A stretch of DNA of 64,000 nucleotides from Anaeromyxobacteraceae bacterium (GTDB taxonomy: Bacteria > Myxococcota > Myxococcia > Myxococcales > Anaeromyxobacteraceae). Positions 40,397 through 53,920 of the stretch are shown here, piece by piece. Numbering within the stretch: the stretch's first letter is position 1; each line of letters begins with the position of its first letter. Made by a program: the position numbers and the translations under genes. The notes beneath the pieces were generated by a model. That model did not search any database. It was not told where the DNA came from and was given only the letters and a program-made list of their open reading frames with translations. The DNA lies in the NCBI GenBank assembly GCA_032654565.1, contig JAULAX010000015.1, forward strand, positions 448,001 to 512,000, given 5' to 3'.

Positions 40397-41284
40397 ATGA
40401 CCGCTCCTCGACAAGTTCTGTGCGGCACCACCTATCTGGTCACGCGCCGTTGCGCCAACCGCCAGTACTTGCTGCGGCCCTCCAAGGCCTCCAATCGCGC
40501 ATTCCTCTACTTGCTAGCAGTGGCCGCGGATCGCTACGGCGTGCAGGTCCACGCCTACTGCGTGATGTCGAACCACTACCATCTGGTGGTGACCGACCCC
40601 CGTGCCCGCTTGCCCGCCTGCCTGCAGTTCCTCGACGGGCTTGTGGCGCGAGTCGTCAACGCGCTGCTGGGGCGCCGGGACGACTTCTTCTGGGGCCCCG
40701 ACAGCTTCAGTGCAGTCGAACTGGCCACTCCCGAGGCCATCGTCGACAAGGCGGCCTACACCCTGGCCAACCCGGTCGCGGCCGGGCTGGTCCGCTCGGC
40801 CCGCCGCTGGCCGGGGCTCTGGTCGTCCCCAGAAACCGTGGGTACCTCCGCATGTCTGATTGAGCGCCCCGTCCATTTCTTCGACCCCAAGGGGACCCTG
40901 CCCAGCTCGGTTGCCCTCCGTCTCTCAACACCGCCCGGCTTCTCCACGGCCGAGGCGTTCAGGGAGCAGCTCTGCAGTGCGGTTGCCACCAAGGAGGCGG
41001 AGGCCGTCAAGAAGGTCAGGGCCTTCCTCGGCGCAGCGCGCGTGCTGGCGCAGAAGCCGACCGAACGGGCCAAGAGCGAGGAGTCGATCGGGATGCTCAA
41101 CCCGAGGGTGGCGGCGCGGGACCCGGAGAGGCGGGTCGCGGCGCTGCAGAGGCTGGTGAGCTTCCTCGCCGAGTACCGGTCGGCGCTAATGGAGTGGCGA
41201 CAGGGCAGGAAGGACGCAATCTTCCCTAGCGGGACGTACCAGATGCGAGTCGCCTACGGTGCCGCCTGCGCCGGAGCCGGGTAG
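40397..41284 (+). mobile_element. HUH Y1 transposase (IS200/IS605 TnpA superfamily, RAYT-like)
   Basis: YLVTRRC, HAYCVMSNHYHLVV (HUH), FFWG, YTLANPVAAGLV, WPGLWS; codon usage atypical for the window. Confidence 0.88.
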
Positions 41285-41541
41285 AAGCAGGCGAAGCACC
41301 GGATCCCAAGTCGCCACCGCCCGCGCCCCGAGCCTGGAAAGCCTCGAGTGGCGCGGAGGTGCGCCCCGAACTCGGCGGAATCCCCGAAGCAGGGGGAATC
41401 GCGGTGGGAAGCGGGACCAGATCACCCATTTCCGCGGGTGAATTCAGCAGCCACGAGGCGGAGTCCAGACTCGTCCGATGCCGGAGGAGAGGAGTAGCCT
41501 GAGGCGCTCGAAGCCCTTCTCCCGGACGGGCGCGAGAAGCG

Positions 41542-44298
41542 CTACAGGTTCGGCCGGGCCTCGTACTCGCCCGGCGTGCCGCCGCGCATCAGCACCTGGC
41601 GCGGCTTGACGCCGTTGGGCGGGCCCACCAGCCCCTCGCGCTCCATGCGCTCGATGATCTTGGCCGCCTTGTTGTAGCCGAGCCGCATCTCGCGCTGCAG
41701 CTTGGAGACCGAGACCTCGTCCATCTGCGCCACCAGCTCCATGGCCTGGTCGTAGACCGGGTCCTCCAGGTCGTTGTCGCGGCTCCCCTCGCCGGCGCCG
41801 TCGCGGGCCTTGAGGATGGAGTCGTCATAGACCGGCTTCCCCTGCAGCTTGAGGAAGTCCACCACCCGCTTCAGCTCCTCCTCCGAGACGAAGGCGCCCT
41901 GCACCCGGGTGAGCGGCTGGGTGGCGGTCATCACCAGCATGTCGCCGTTGCCGAGCAAGCTCTCGGCGCCGGGGCCGTTGATGATGGTGGTGGAGTCGTG
42001 GCGGCTGCCGAGCCGGAAGGAGATGCGGGCCGGGAAGTTGTTCTTGATGGTGCCGGTGACCACGTCGGTGGACGGCCGCTGCGTCGCCACCACCAGGTGG
42101 ATGCCGGTGGCGCGGGCCTTGGCGGCGAGGCGGGCCAGCGAGGTCTCCACCTCGCGCGGCGCCGTCATCATCAGGTCGGCCAGCTCGTCGATGATCACCA
42201 CGATGTACGGCAGCTTCTGCGGCAGCCGCGGGGTGTCGCGCTCGGCCACCGGGTCGGCGGGCGGCGGCGCCGTGGGGTCGGCGAACTCGGCGCTGGCGGC
42301 CAGCGGCGTGGCCCCGGCGAAGCGGGCCGCCTCGGCCTCGAGGCGGGCGGCCACCTGCTCCTCGGTCTCCCCGGCGGTGACGTCGACCACCACCAGCCGC
42401 CGCGGCGGCAGGGCCAGCTCCTTGTCCTCGAAGGTGGTCCCCTCGGCGCGGTGCTTGTCGACCCGGGCGTTGTAGCTCTTCAGGTCGCGCACCCCGGTGT
42501 CGGCGAGGATCTGGGTGCGCCGCTCCATCTCGTCGACCGCCCACTGCAGCGCCCGCGAGGCCTTCTGGGGATCGGTCACCACCGGCAGCAGCAGGTGGGG
42601 GATGTCCTCGTAGGGCGACAGCTCGGTCATCTTCGGGTCGACCATGATCATCCGCACCTCGGCCGGCGTCTGCCGGAAGAGCATGCTCAGGATCATGGTG
42701 TTGAGGCCGACCGACTTGCCGGCGCCGGTGGTGCCGGCGATGAGCAGGTGCGGCATCTTCTGCAGGTCGATGCAGTAGGGCGTCCCCTCGATGTCCTTGC
42801 CGAGGCCGAGCGGCAGGAAGCCACCGGCGTGGCCGAAGGTCTCCGACTCGAGGATGTCGCGCAGGAAGACGGTGCCGCGCACGGTGTTGGGCACCTCGAT
42901 CCCCACCACGCCCTTGCCCGGGATGGGGGCGATGATGCGGATCCGGGTGGCCGCCAGGGCCATCGTCAGTTCCTTGTTGAGGTTCTCGATGCGGGCCAGC
43001 TTGGTGCCGCCCACCGGGAGGAACTCGTAGAGGGTCACCACCGGGCCGGGGCGGATGTAGGTGATCTGCCCGTCGATGGAGTGCTCGGCCAGGGTGGCGA
43101 CGATGACGTCGGCGGTGCGCGTCAGGTTGGCCTTGTCGACGTCGGCCGCCTTCTCCTCGTGGACGTCGAGCAGGTCGATGGAGGGGAGCTGGAAGACGTC
43201 GCCGGCCTTGGTGAAGGCGAAGGAGGGCACCTCCTTCTTCTCCTTCTCCTTCTTCTTGCGGCTCCGCTCCAGCAGCGCCGCCGAGAGCACGATCTCCGGG
43301 CGGGAGGGGGGCGGCGGCAGCAGCGTGGGCGGCGGGGTCGGGGCGTCCTCCTCGGCGGCCCCCTCCAGCGCCGGCTCCTCGGCCCGCTTGCGCTTGCGGC
43401 GCGGCGTGGTGGTCTCGGCCTCGGCCGGCGGCTCGCCCGCCGGCTCCGGCTGGGCGCGGGCCACCGGGACCAGCCCGTCCACCCAGGCCGGCTCGTCGAG
43501 CTGGGGCCGGCGCAGCTGCTCCAGCGCCAGCGCCCCGGCCATGGCCCGGGCCTCCTGCCGGTCCTCGTCCTGGGCCCCGTCGAGGAAGGCGGCGGCGGCC
43601 ATGGCCTCGGCCTCGGCGCGCCGCTCGCGCTCGGCGGCGTCCTCGGCCCGCATGTCGGCCACCGCCTCGCGGTGCTCCTGCACGGCGGCCCCCAGCCGGG
43701 ACCGCAGCCAGCCAGCCAGCGCGGTGAGCCCGCCCCAGGCCAGGGCGGCGGCGTCGCCGAGCTTGAGGCCGGTGGCCACGATCAGCGAGATGGTGGCGGC
43801 GGCGGTCACCAGCAGCACCGAGCCGGTGGTGGAGACCAGGGCCACCGACTGGGCGGCCAGGGTGGCGCCCACCGCGCCGCCAGCCGGGAAGCTGGCCAGC
43901 TCGAAGCGGGCCAGCAGCAGGTGGCTGAGCGTGGCCAGACAGAGGGTGAGCGAGGTGTAGGCCAGCGCCCCCACCGCGGTGAAGCGGCCGGTGGCGCCGC
44001 GGAAGAGCCGCCAGGCCACGGTGACCAGCCCGCAGGGGACCACCAGGGCGGCGAAGCCGAGCACCCGGTAGACGGCCGAGGCGGCGCGGTGGCCCACCGG
44101 GCCGATCAGGTTGGAGGGGGAGAGGTGGCGGGCGATCAGGGCGCCGTCGATGGAGGCGAAGGTGGAGAGGGCCAGCGCCGCGGCGGCGCCGAGCGCCAGC
44201 AGCAGCACGGCGGCGATGTCCCGGGCCAGGCCGGTCCGGACCGGCGACGAGCCGCGCCCACGGGGGGTGATCTTACGGTTCGACTTCTCTTTGCCCAT
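41542..44298 (-). CDS. ftsK: DNA translocase FtsK
   Basis: N-terminal TMs, GPVVTLYE, PIPGK, PHLLIAGTTGAGKS, DPKMTEL, IDELADLMM, ATQRPS, GAESLLGNGDML, gamma domain SVSKLQR...GYNKAA. Confidence 0.96.
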   Translation of the reverse strand: MGKEKSNRKITPRGRGSSPVRTGLARDIAAVLLLALGAAAALALSTFASIDGALIARHLSPSNLIGPVGHRAASAVYRVLGFAALVVPCGLVTVAWRLFRGATGRFTAVGALAYTSLTLCLATLSHLLLARFELASFPAGGAVGATLAAQSVALVSTTGSVLLVTAAATISLIVATGLKLGDAAALAWGGLTALAGWLRSRLGAAVQEHREAVADMRAEDAAERERRAEAEAMAAAAFLDGAQDEDRQEARAMAGALALEQLRRPQLDEPAWVDGLVPVARAQPEPAGEPPAEAETTTPRRKRKRAEEPALEGAAEEDAPTPPPTLLPPPPSRPEIVLSAALLERSRKKKEKEKKEVPSFAFTKAGDVFQLPSIDLLDVHEEKAADVDKANLTRTADVIVATLAEHSIDGQITYIRPGPVVTLYEFLPVGGTKLARIENLNKELTMALAATRIRIIAPIPGKGVVGIEVPNTVRGTVFLRDILESETFGHAGGFLPLGLGKDIEGTPYCIDLQKMPHLLIAGTTGAGKSVGLNTMILSMLFRQTPAEVRMIMVDPKMTELSPYEDIPHLLLPVVTDPQKASRALQWAVDEMERRTQILADTGVRDLKSYNARVDKHRAEGTTFEDKELALPPRRLVVVDVTAGETEEQVAARLEAEAARFAGATPLAASAEFADPTAPPPADPVAERDTPRLPQKLPYIVVIIDELADLMMTAPREVETSLARLAAKARATGIHLVVATQRPSTDVVTGTIKNNFPARISFRLGSRHDSTTIINGPGAESLLGNGDMLVMTATQPLTRVQGAFVSEEELKRVVDFLKLQGKPVYDDSILKARDGAGEGSRDNDLEDPVYDQAMELVAQMDEVSVSKLQREMRLGYNKAAKIIERMEREGLVGPPNGVKPRQVLMRGGTPGEYEARPNL

Positions 44299-44453
44299 GC
44301 GCGCTGTGACCTCGTGGAAGTACCGGTGCCGGCGCCGAGACGGGGGCAGGTGGGGCGAGGATATCGGGGGGTAGCGGTGGGTCAATTTTTCGGCGATTCC
44401 GAGCGGATGGCTTAGAATCGGGCCTCGGAATCCGCCGTCAAAACAGGGTCGCC

Positions 44454-45653
44454 ATGGACGTCCGCTGCGAGCGCTGCCGGGCCCAGTACGCCTTCGAGGA
44501 GGACCAGATCACCGCCGCCGGGGTGACGGTCCAGTGCAGCGCGTGCGGGCACGTCTTCCGGGTCACCAGGAAGGAGCTGGTGGTGACCCAGTCGGTCCGC
44601 CCCGGGCAGCGGGTCGAGGAGCCGACGACGCCCTCCGCGGCCCGCCCCTCCCGCGCCGAACCCAGCCCGGCCTGGACCATCCGCCAGGCCGACGGCCAGA
44701 CCCTCACCTTCTCCGAGCTCAACACGCTGCAGCGCTGGATCGTCGAGCGCCGGGTGGGGCGGGACGACGAGGTCACGCACGGCGACGGCAGCTGGGTCCG
44801 GCTGGGGTCGCTGGCCGAGCTGCAGAGCTTCTTCGACGTGGTGGCGTCGGCCGATCGGGCCGAGGGGCGGCTGAGCGAGGGGCGGATCACCTCCCGGTAC
44901 CCGGCCACCCCGTTCCCGCCGACCCCCGCCGCCGCCCCGCCGCCGCCGCCCCCGCCCGCGCCGACCGGGTCGGTCCAGGTGGAGCTGGACGAGGCCGACC
45001 TGCGCGCCGTCGGCCGGTCGAGCCGATCGCCGACCGCGCTGCTGGTCGGGCTCCTGCTGCTGGTGACCGGGGGGGCGGTGGCCTACATCTTCATGCCGGC
45101 CCTCTTCGGCCGGGCCCCGACGCCGAAGGCCGAGCCGGCGCCGCCGCCGGTGGCGGTCAGGCCCCCGGAGCCGCCCCCCCCGCCCCCCAGCGTCGAGCCG
45201 CGGCCGGTGGCGCCGGAGCCCACGCCGGAGCCGCCCGCCGCCAAGGCCCCCGAGCCGACGCCGGAGCCGAAGCCCAGGGCCAGGTCGCCGGGGGCCAGGT
45301 CGCTGGTGGTCGAGGCCCGCCGGCTGCGCGAGGCCAACAAGCCGGAGCCGGCGCTCGAGCTCTACGGCCGGGCCCTGGCCGCCGACCCGGAGAACGTCGA
45401 CGCCCTCGCCGGGCGCGGCCTGTGCTATTTCGACCTCGAGCAGTACGCGCCCGCCGAGGCGAGCCTGCAGGAAGCCCTGCGGCTCTCGCCGACGCAGCCC
45501 GACGCGCTCCTCGGGCTGGCCGAGACCTACCGCGCCCGGGGGCGCAAGGCCGAGGCCATCGCGATGTACGAGCGGTACCTGGCCGCGCACCCCGGGGGCG
45601 ACGAGGCGGCCGTGGCGCGCAACGCCATCAACCTGCTGAAGGAAGGACCATGA
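44454..45653 (+). CDS. Zinc-ribbon (MJ0042-type) + GYF-like + TM + TPR protein
   Basis: CERC...VQCSACGHVF, LQRWIVE, TM helix, C-terminal TPRs. Confidence 0.8.
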   Translation: MDVRCERCRAQYAFEEDQITAAGVTVQCSACGHVFRVTRKELVVTQSVRPGQRVEEPTTPSAARPSRAEPSPAWTIRQADGQTLTFSELNTLQRWIVERRVGRDDEVTHGDGSWVRLGSLAELQSFFDVVASADRAEGRLSEGRITSRYPATPFPPTPAAAPPPPPPPAPTGSVQVELDEADLRAVGRSSRSPTALLVGLLLLVTGGAVAYIFMPALFGRAPTPKAEPAPPPVAVRPPEPPPPPPSVEPRPVAPEPTPEPPAAKAPEPTPEPKPRARSPGARSLVVEARRLREANKPEPALELYGRALAADPENVDALAGRGLCYFDLEQYAPAEASLQEALRLSPTQPDALLGLAETYRARGRKAEAIAMYERYLAAHPGGDEAAVARNAINLLKEGP

Positions 45654-45982
45654 CGGACCACAAGCGCAGCCACATGGAAGACGAGTACTTCGTCCGCGAG
45701 GACGCCGAGAAGAAGCGCAAGCTGGCGCTGCAGGTGAAGAAGGAGACCGAGGCGGCCGAGCTGCTGCGCCTCAAGGCGCTCCACCACATGCGCTGCCCCA
45801 AGTGCGGCCTCCCCCTGCAGGAGGTCAAGATCAAGCACGTCGACGTCGACGTCTGCTTCGCCTGCCACGGCGTCTTCCTCGACCAGGGCGAGCTGGAGCA
45901 CATCATCAAGGCCTCCCCGGAGACCTCGCCCGGCGTGATGAGCGCCATCCTCAACTGGTTCAAGCACGAGGGCGGCACCTAG
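45650..45982 (+). CDS. zf-TFIIB-like zinc ribbon protein
   Basis: EDEYF, MRCPKCG...DVCFACHGVFLDQGELE. Confidence 0.85.
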   Translation: MTDHKRSHMEDEYFVREDAEKKRKLALQVKKETEAAELLRLKALHHMRCPKCGLPLQEVKIKHVDVDVCFACHGVFLDQGELEHIIKASPETSPGVMSAILNWFKHEGGT

Positions 45983-45992
45983 CGGGCCGACG

Positions 45993-46282
45993 ATGTCCCT
46001 CTCCCTCGACGAGGTCCGGCGCGTCGCCGCGCTGGCCCGCCTGAAGCTCTCGGCGGCGGAGGAGCAGCTCTTCGCCGGGCAGCTCTCCGCCATCCTCGAC
46101 CGGGTGCGCGACCTGGAGGGGCTCGACCTCACCGGCGTGCCGCCCATGACCCACGCGCTGGCCGAGGGCGAGGCGGTGGCGCTGCGCCCCGACGCGCCGG
46201 CGCCGGGGCTCACCGCGGAGGAGGCGCTCGCCAACGCGCCCGACCGCGAGGGGAGCTGCTTCAAGGTCCCGAGGATCATCGA

Positions 46283-46286
<4 letters not shown>
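45993..46286 (+). CDS. gatC: Asp/Glu-tRNA amidotransferase subunit C
   Basis: VAALARL, LANAP, FKVPRI. Confidence 0.95.
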
Positions 46287-47760
<1,474 letters not shown>

Positions 47761-47764
<4 letters not shown>

Positions 47765-48174
47765 ACCGCAGCGTGGCCTTGCTGGTCTGGACGTCGACGC
47801 TGGTGGTCCCGCTCTTCTTCGGGGCGGTGGCCGAGGCGGTGCGCGGCGACGCCCCCCACCTGCCGGTCAACGGCGTGCTCTTCTGGGTCACCCTGTTCAC
47901 CTCGGCGGCCTGCATCGCCATGGCCCACGTGCTCCCCACCCGGATCCGGACCATCCCGGCCGGCCGCGAGGCCACCGCCTTCATCCGGCTGGTGAGCGGC
48001 TGGGCGCTCTGCGAGGGGGCGGCGCTCTTCCCGCTGGTGGCCTGGATCGTCACCGACGACCCGCGCCTGCTGGGGGTCTGCGCCGTGGACCTGCTGGCGC
48101 TGGTGACGCTCTTCCCCAGCGAGCTGCGCTGGGAGAGCATGCTCCCCGGCGAGCCGCCGCCGGCGAGGTGGTGA
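47761..48174 (+). CDS. Hypothetical 4-TM membrane protein inside gatCAB
   Basis: Four hydrophobic segments, [13 protein letters not shown] overlap with gatA stop. Confidence 0.7.
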
Positions 48175-48179
48175 GCGCC

Positions 48180-49637
48180 ATGCCGGTGGCCGACTTCCAG
48201 GTGGTGATCGGGCTGGAGGTCCACGCCCAGCTCCTGACCCGCACCAAGATCTTCTGCGGCTGCTCCACCGAGTTCGGCGGCGCCCCCAACAGCCACGTCT
48301 GCCCCATCTGCCTGGGGATGCCGGGGGTGCTGCCGGCGCTCAACCAGCGGGTGGTGGAGCTGGCGGTGAGGACCGGGCTGGCGCTGGGCTGCGACGTCCA
48401 GCCGGTCAGCGTCTTCTCCCGCAAGAACTACTTCTACCCGGACCTGCCCAAGGGCTACCAGATCTCCCAGTTCGAGCTGCCCATCTGCCTGGGCGGTGGG
48501 CTCACCGTCACCGTGGACGGCCGGGAGAAGCTGATCCGGCTCACCCGCATCCACATGGAGGAGGACGCCGGCAAGAACCTCCACGAGGTGGCCGCCGACG
48601 GCGGCTCGGGCGTCGACCTCAACCGCGCCGGCGTGCCGCTGCTGGAGATCGTCAGCGAGCCCGACCTGCGCAGCGCCGACGAGGCGGTCGAGTACCTGAA
48701 GGCGCTGCGGGCCATCCTGGTGGCGCTGGGGGTGAACGACGGCAACCTCGAGGAGGGCTCGTTCCGCTGCGACGCCAACGTCTCGGTGATGCGCACCGGG
48801 GCCACCGAGTACGGCACCCGCGCCGAGATCAAGAACCTGAACTCCTTCCGCTTCCTCAAGCAGGCGGTCGACTACGAGGTGCGCCGGCAGGTGGCGCTGG
48901 TGGAGGCCGGCGAGAAGGTGGTGCAGGAGACCCGGCTCTACGACCCGGCGCGGGGCGAGACCCGCTCGATGCGCAGCAAGGAGGAGGCGCACGACTACCG
49001 CTACTTCCCCGAGCCCGACCTGCCGCCGGTGCGCGTCGACGCGGCGCTGGTGGCGCGGGTGCGGGCCACGCTGCCGGAGCTGCCGCGGGCCCGGGCCGCC
49101 CGCTACCAGCAGGCGCTCGGGCTCTCCGCCCAGGACGCCGGGGTGCTGGTGGGCGACGCCGGCCTGGCCGACTTCTTCGACGCGGCGCTCGCCGCGCGCG
49201 GCGGCGGGGCCGAGGCGGCCAAGAAGGTGGCCAACTGGACCATCGGCGAGCTGTCGCGGCTGATGAACGAGACCGGGCTCCAGCCGTCGGCCTGGAGGCT
49301 GACCCCGGCCGGGCTGGCCGAGGTGCTGGGGCTGCTCGAGGCCGGCACCGTCAACGCCGCGGCGGCCAAGCTGCTGGTGGAGGAGCTCTTCCGCCACGGC
49401 GGCGACCCCGGCGCGCTGGTGAAGAGCCGCGGCCTGGCCCAGGTCTCCGACGCCGGGGCCATCGAGGCGGCCGTCGACGCCGTGCTGGCCGCCAACCCCG
49501 CCGAGGTGGAGCGCCACCGCGGCGGCGCCAAGGACCTGACCGGCTTCTTCGTCGGCCAGGTGATGAAGGCGCTCAAGGGCCAGGGCCACCCCGGCCTGGT
49601 CAACGCCACGCTCAAGCGGAAGCTGGGGGGAGGCTAG
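48180..49637 (+). CDS. gatB: Asp/Glu-tRNA amidotransferase subunit B
   Basis: [52 protein letters not shown]. Confidence 0.97.
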   Translation: MPVADFQVVIGLEVHAQLLTRTKIFCGCSTEFGGAPNSHVCPICLGMPGVLPALNQRVVELAVRTGLALGCDVQPVSVFSRKNYFYPDLPKGYQISQFELPICLGGGLTVTVDGREKLIRLTRIHMEEDAGKNLHEVAADGGSGVDLNRAGVPLLEIVSEPDLRSADEAVEYLKALRAILVALGVNDGNLEEGSFRCDANVSVMRTGATEYGTRAEIKNLNSFRFLKQAVDYEVRRQVALVEAGEKVVQETRLYDPARGETRSMRSKEEAHDYRYFPEPDLPPVRVDAALVARVRATLPELPRARAARYQQALGLSAQDAGVLVGDAGLADFFDAALAARGGGAEAAKKVANWTIGELSRLMNETGLQPSAWRLTPAGLAEVLGLLEAGTVNAAAAKLLVEELFRHGGDPGALVKSRGLAQVSDAGAIEAAVDAVLAANPAEVERHRGGAKDLTGFFVGQVMKALKGQGHPGLVNATLKRKLGGG

Positions 49638-49846
49638 ATGGCCTGGGCCGGGTGGGGGGCGGGCGCCGCCGGCGCCGGCAGCGCCGGGGGGCCGAGCCGC
49701 GGCTTCCTCTGGGCCATGGTGGTGGGGGCGGCGGTGGTGACGGTGGCGCTGGCCCAGGAGCGGAGCCCGCTGGCCTTCGCCGGGGCCGCGGCGGCCGCCT
49801 ACTTCGCGCTGCGCGCCACCGGCCGGATCGGCCCGCGGAGGGGCCA

Positions 49847-49850
<4 letters not shown>
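49638..49850 (+). CDS. Small 2-TM hypothetical protein
   Basis: Fills gatB-mtnA gap exactly (starts after gatB stop, ATGA overlap with mtnA); two hydrophobic segments. Confidence 0.55.
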
Positions 49851-50883
<1,033 letters not shown>

Positions 50884-50887
<4 letters not shown>

Positions 50888-51816
50888 AGAGCCGCCCCAG
50901 CGTCCTCAAGACCACCTTCGGCGCCGGCAACCCGGTCACCGCCATCGGCCTGCCGCGCCGGCCGCTCGGCGACGTCTACCACCTGCTCCTCACCTGGAGC
51001 TGGACCCGGCTCTTCAGCCTGATGGCCGCCCTCTACGTGGCCATCAACGCCCTCTTCGCCGCCGCCTACCTGGCCCTGGGGCCGGGGGCCGTCCAGAACG
51101 CCGAGCCCGGCTCCTTCTCCGACGCCTTCTTCTTCGCCTTCGACACCATGGCCACCATCGGCTACGGCGACAAGGTGCCGAAGGGCGTGGCCGCCAACCT
51201 GCTCTCGCTGGTGCAGGTGATGCTGGGCATGGCCGGGATGGCGGTGACCACCGGCCTGGTCTTCGCCAAGTTCGCCCGCCCCACCGCCCGCGTCCTCTTC
51301 AGCCGGGTGGCGGTGCTGCAGCCCTTCGACGGCGTCCCCTCGCTGCTCTTCCGCATGGCCAACGCCCGCGCCAACCAGATCGTCGAGGCCGAGCTGACGG
51401 TGATCGCGGTGCGGGCCGAGACCACCGTGGAGGGGGAGTCGATCCGCAAGGTCTACGACATGAAGCTGCGGCGGGCGCGCTCGGCGGCCTTCTCGCTCTC
51501 CTGGACGGCGGTCCACCCCATCACCCCGGAGAGCCCGCTCTTCGGGCTCGACGCCGCCGCGCTGGCGCGGGCCCCGTTCAGCATCATGGTCTCGGTCTCC
51601 GGCGTCGACGAGCACCTCGGCCAGACCGTCCACGCCCGCCACACCTACGGACCGGGCGACCTGGTCTTCGGCGGCCGCTTCGCCGACATCCTGGCGGTGC
51701 AGCCGGACGGCTCGGCGGTGATCGACTACCGGCGCTTCCATGATGTCGAAAACATACCCCATTCGGAGGGGTCTACCCCCGCGTCCGGGGGAGCGCTACC
51801 TCCGCAAAACCCCTGA
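50884..51816 (+). CDS. Inward-rectifier potassium channel (KirBac family)
   Basis: [19 protein letters not shown] filter, [30 protein letters not shown]. Confidence 0.92.
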
Positions 51817-51828
51817 TCCCAGCCGAAG

Positions 51829-51858
51829 TTGACATGGGGCGCGGACGGATCGTATAGA
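51829..51858 (+). promoter_or_regulatory. sigma70 promoter of rplU operon
   Basis: TTGACA-N18-TATAGA; AAGGAG RBS before rplU. Confidence 0.6.
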
Positions 51859-51905
51859 CGCGCCTCCCCGGGGTCCGGATCACGGGGAATTCCAAGGAGC
51901 GAGCG

Positions 51906-52211
51906 ATGTACGCGGTGATCAAGACCGGCGGGAAGCAGTATCGCGTGGCGCAGGGCGACCGGGTCAAGGTCGAGCTGCTGGCCGGCGACGTGGGTGGGAA
52001 GGTCTCCTTCGAGGCGCTGATGATCGGCGGCGAGGGCGAGGCCCGGGTCGGCGCCCCGGTGGTCCAGGGCGCCGCCGTCGAGGGCGAGATCGTCGCCCAC
52101 GGCAAGCACAAGAAGCAGGTCCACTTCCGCAAGAAGAAGGAAGGCTGGACCAAGAAGCGCGGCCACCGGCAGCCCTTCACCGAGCTGCTCATCACCGCGG
52201 TTCGCGCCTAA
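51906..52211 (+). CDS. rplU: 50S ribosomal protein L21
   Basis: [14 protein letters not shown]...GHRQPFT. Confidence 0.97.
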   Translation: MYAVIKTGGKQYRVAQGDRVKVELLAGDVGGKVSFEALMIGGEGEARVGAPVVQGAAVEGEIVAHGKHKKQVHFRKKKEGWTKKRGHRQPFTELLITAVRA

Positions 52212-52228
52212 GAAAGGACGGACGATCC

Positions 52229-52492
52229 ATGGCTCACAAAAAGGGACAGGGCTCTTCACGCAACGGCCGCGACTCCGGCGGGCAGCACCGCGGCGTCAAG
52301 ATCTACGGCTCGGAGAAGGTCATCTCCGGCAACATCATCGTGCGCCAGTGCGGCACGCTCTTCCACCCCGGCGAGAACGTCGGGCTGGGCAAGGACTTCA
52401 CCATCTTCGCCACCTGCGCGGGCACGGTGAAGTTCACCCGGACTCGCGGCGACCGCCGCGTGGTCTCGGTGATCCCCGAGGCCAAGGCCTAA
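52229..52492 (+). CDS. rpmA: 50S ribosomal protein L27
   Basis: [23 protein letters not shown]. Confidence 0.97.
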   Translation: MAHKKGQGSSRNGRDSGGQHRGVKIYGSEKVISGNIIVRQCGTLFHPGENVGLGKDFTIFATCAGTVKFTRTRGDRRVVSVIPEAKA

Positions 52493-52576
52493 GGGGCGCG
52501 CGGCCGCTGAAGCCGGCCGTTCACGGCGCCGCGGGCCCTCGGGCTGCGCGGCGCTCGTCGTTTCGAGGGGGGCCGC

Positions 52577-53920
52577 ATGAAGTTCGTCGACGAGGTCCGC
52601 ATCTTCGTGAAGTCCGGTGACGGCGGCGCCGGCGCCATCGCCTGGCGGCGGGAGAAGTTCATCCCCAAGGGCGGGCCGGCCGGCGGCGACGGCGGGGACG
52701 GCGGCGACGTCATCCTCGAGGTCGACCCGCAGCTCTCCACGCTGCTCGACTACCGCTACATCCGCGAGCACAAGGCGCGCAGCGGCTCCAAGGGGCACGG
52801 CCGCGACATGAACGGCATCGGCGGCGAGCACCTGGTTCTCAAGGTGCCGGCCGGGACCCTGGTGCGCGACTTCGACACCGGCGAGCAGCTCGCCGACATG
52901 GGGGCCAGCTGCCCGCGGGTGGTGATCTGCAAGGGCGGCCGCGGCGGCCTCGGCAACATCAACTTCGCCACCTCCACCAACCAGGCCCCCCGCTACGCCC
53001 AGGAGGGGACCAAGGGCGAGGAGAAGAACCTGCAGCTGGAGCTGAAGCTGCTGGCCGACGTCGGCATCATCGGCTACCCCAACGCCGGCAAGTCGACGCT
53101 GATCAGCGTCATCAGCCGGGCCCGCCCCAAGATCGCCGACTACCCGTTCACCACCCTGACCCCCAACCTCGGCGTGGCCCAGTGGCGCGGCGAGCGGAGC
53201 TTCGTGGTGGCCGACATCCCCGGGCTGATCGAGGGGGCCCACGAGGGCCACGGCCTCGGCCACCAGTTCCTGCGCCACGTCGAGCGCTGCCACGTGCTGG
53301 TCCACCTGGTGGAGGGGGCCCACCCGGCGCCGGGGCGGGATCCGGCGGCCGACTTCGCCGCCATCAACCGGGAGCTGAAGCTCTACTCGAAGAAGCTGGC
53401 GGGGAAGCCGCAGGTGGTGGCCATCACCAAGGTGGACATCCCCGAGGCCCGCGCGGCCGGCGAGGCCTGGGCCCGGGTCATGGCCAGGCGCAAGGTGCCG
53501 GTCAAGGTGCACCTGCTCTCCTCGGCCACGCGCGAGGGGCTCGAGGGGCTGCTCGACGACGTGGCCGCCGCCATCTGGACCGACGTGTCGCCGCACGGCG
53601 GCGGGCGGCCCAAGAAGGCGGGGCGGCCGCGGGCGGTGGCGGAGGCGCCGGCGCCGTTCGTCGAGGCGGTGGCCGCCGTGAAGGCGAGGAAGGCGGCGCC
53701 GAAGCCGGCCGCCGCGAAGAAGCGCCCGGTGAAGGCCCCGCGGGGCGCGCCGAAGAAGAAGGCTGCGGTGAGGCGGCCGGCGGCGAAGGTTCGCAAGGCG
53801 GCTCCCAAGAAGAAGCGGGCCGCCAAGAAGGCCCCCGCGGGGAACAAGAAGACCGCGGCCGCGAAGATGCCCGCGGCCGCGAACAGGAAGAAGGCGGTCG
53901 CCACGCGGAGCCGGCGGTGA
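52577..53920 (+). CDS. obgE: GTPase ObgE/CgtA with Lys/Ala-rich tail
   Basis: FVDEV, GGDGGDGG, GYPNAGKS, YPFTTL, DIPG, TKVD. Confidence 0.97.
   Translation: MKFVDEVRIFVKSGDGGAGAIAWRREKFIPKGGPAGGDGGDGGDVILEVDPQLSTLLDYRYIREHKARSGSKGHGRDMNGIGGEHLVLKVPAGTLVRDFDTGEQLADMGASCPRVVICKGGRGGLGNINFATSTNQAPRYAQEGTKGEEKNLQLELKLLADVGIIGYPNAGKSTLISVISRARPKIADYPFTTLTPNLGVAQWRGERSFVVADIPGLIEGAHEGHGLGHQFLRHVERCHVLVHLVEGAHPAPGRDPAADFAAINRELKLYSKKLAGKPQVVAITKVDIPEARAAGEAWARVMARRKVPVKVHLLSSATREGLEGLLDDVAAAIWTDVSPHGGGRPKKAGRPRAVAEAPAPFVEAVAAVKARKAAPKPAAAKKRPVKAPRGAPKKKAAVRRPAAKVRKAAPKKKRAAKKAPAGNKKTAAAKMPAAANRKKAVATRSRR

Noticed and set aside
41998..44415. 805-aa plus-strand ORF and similar long antisense ORFs (e.g. 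47580-49865, 56174-58264)
   Set aside because: Antisense to ftsK, gatB and pyrG; typical high-GC shadows
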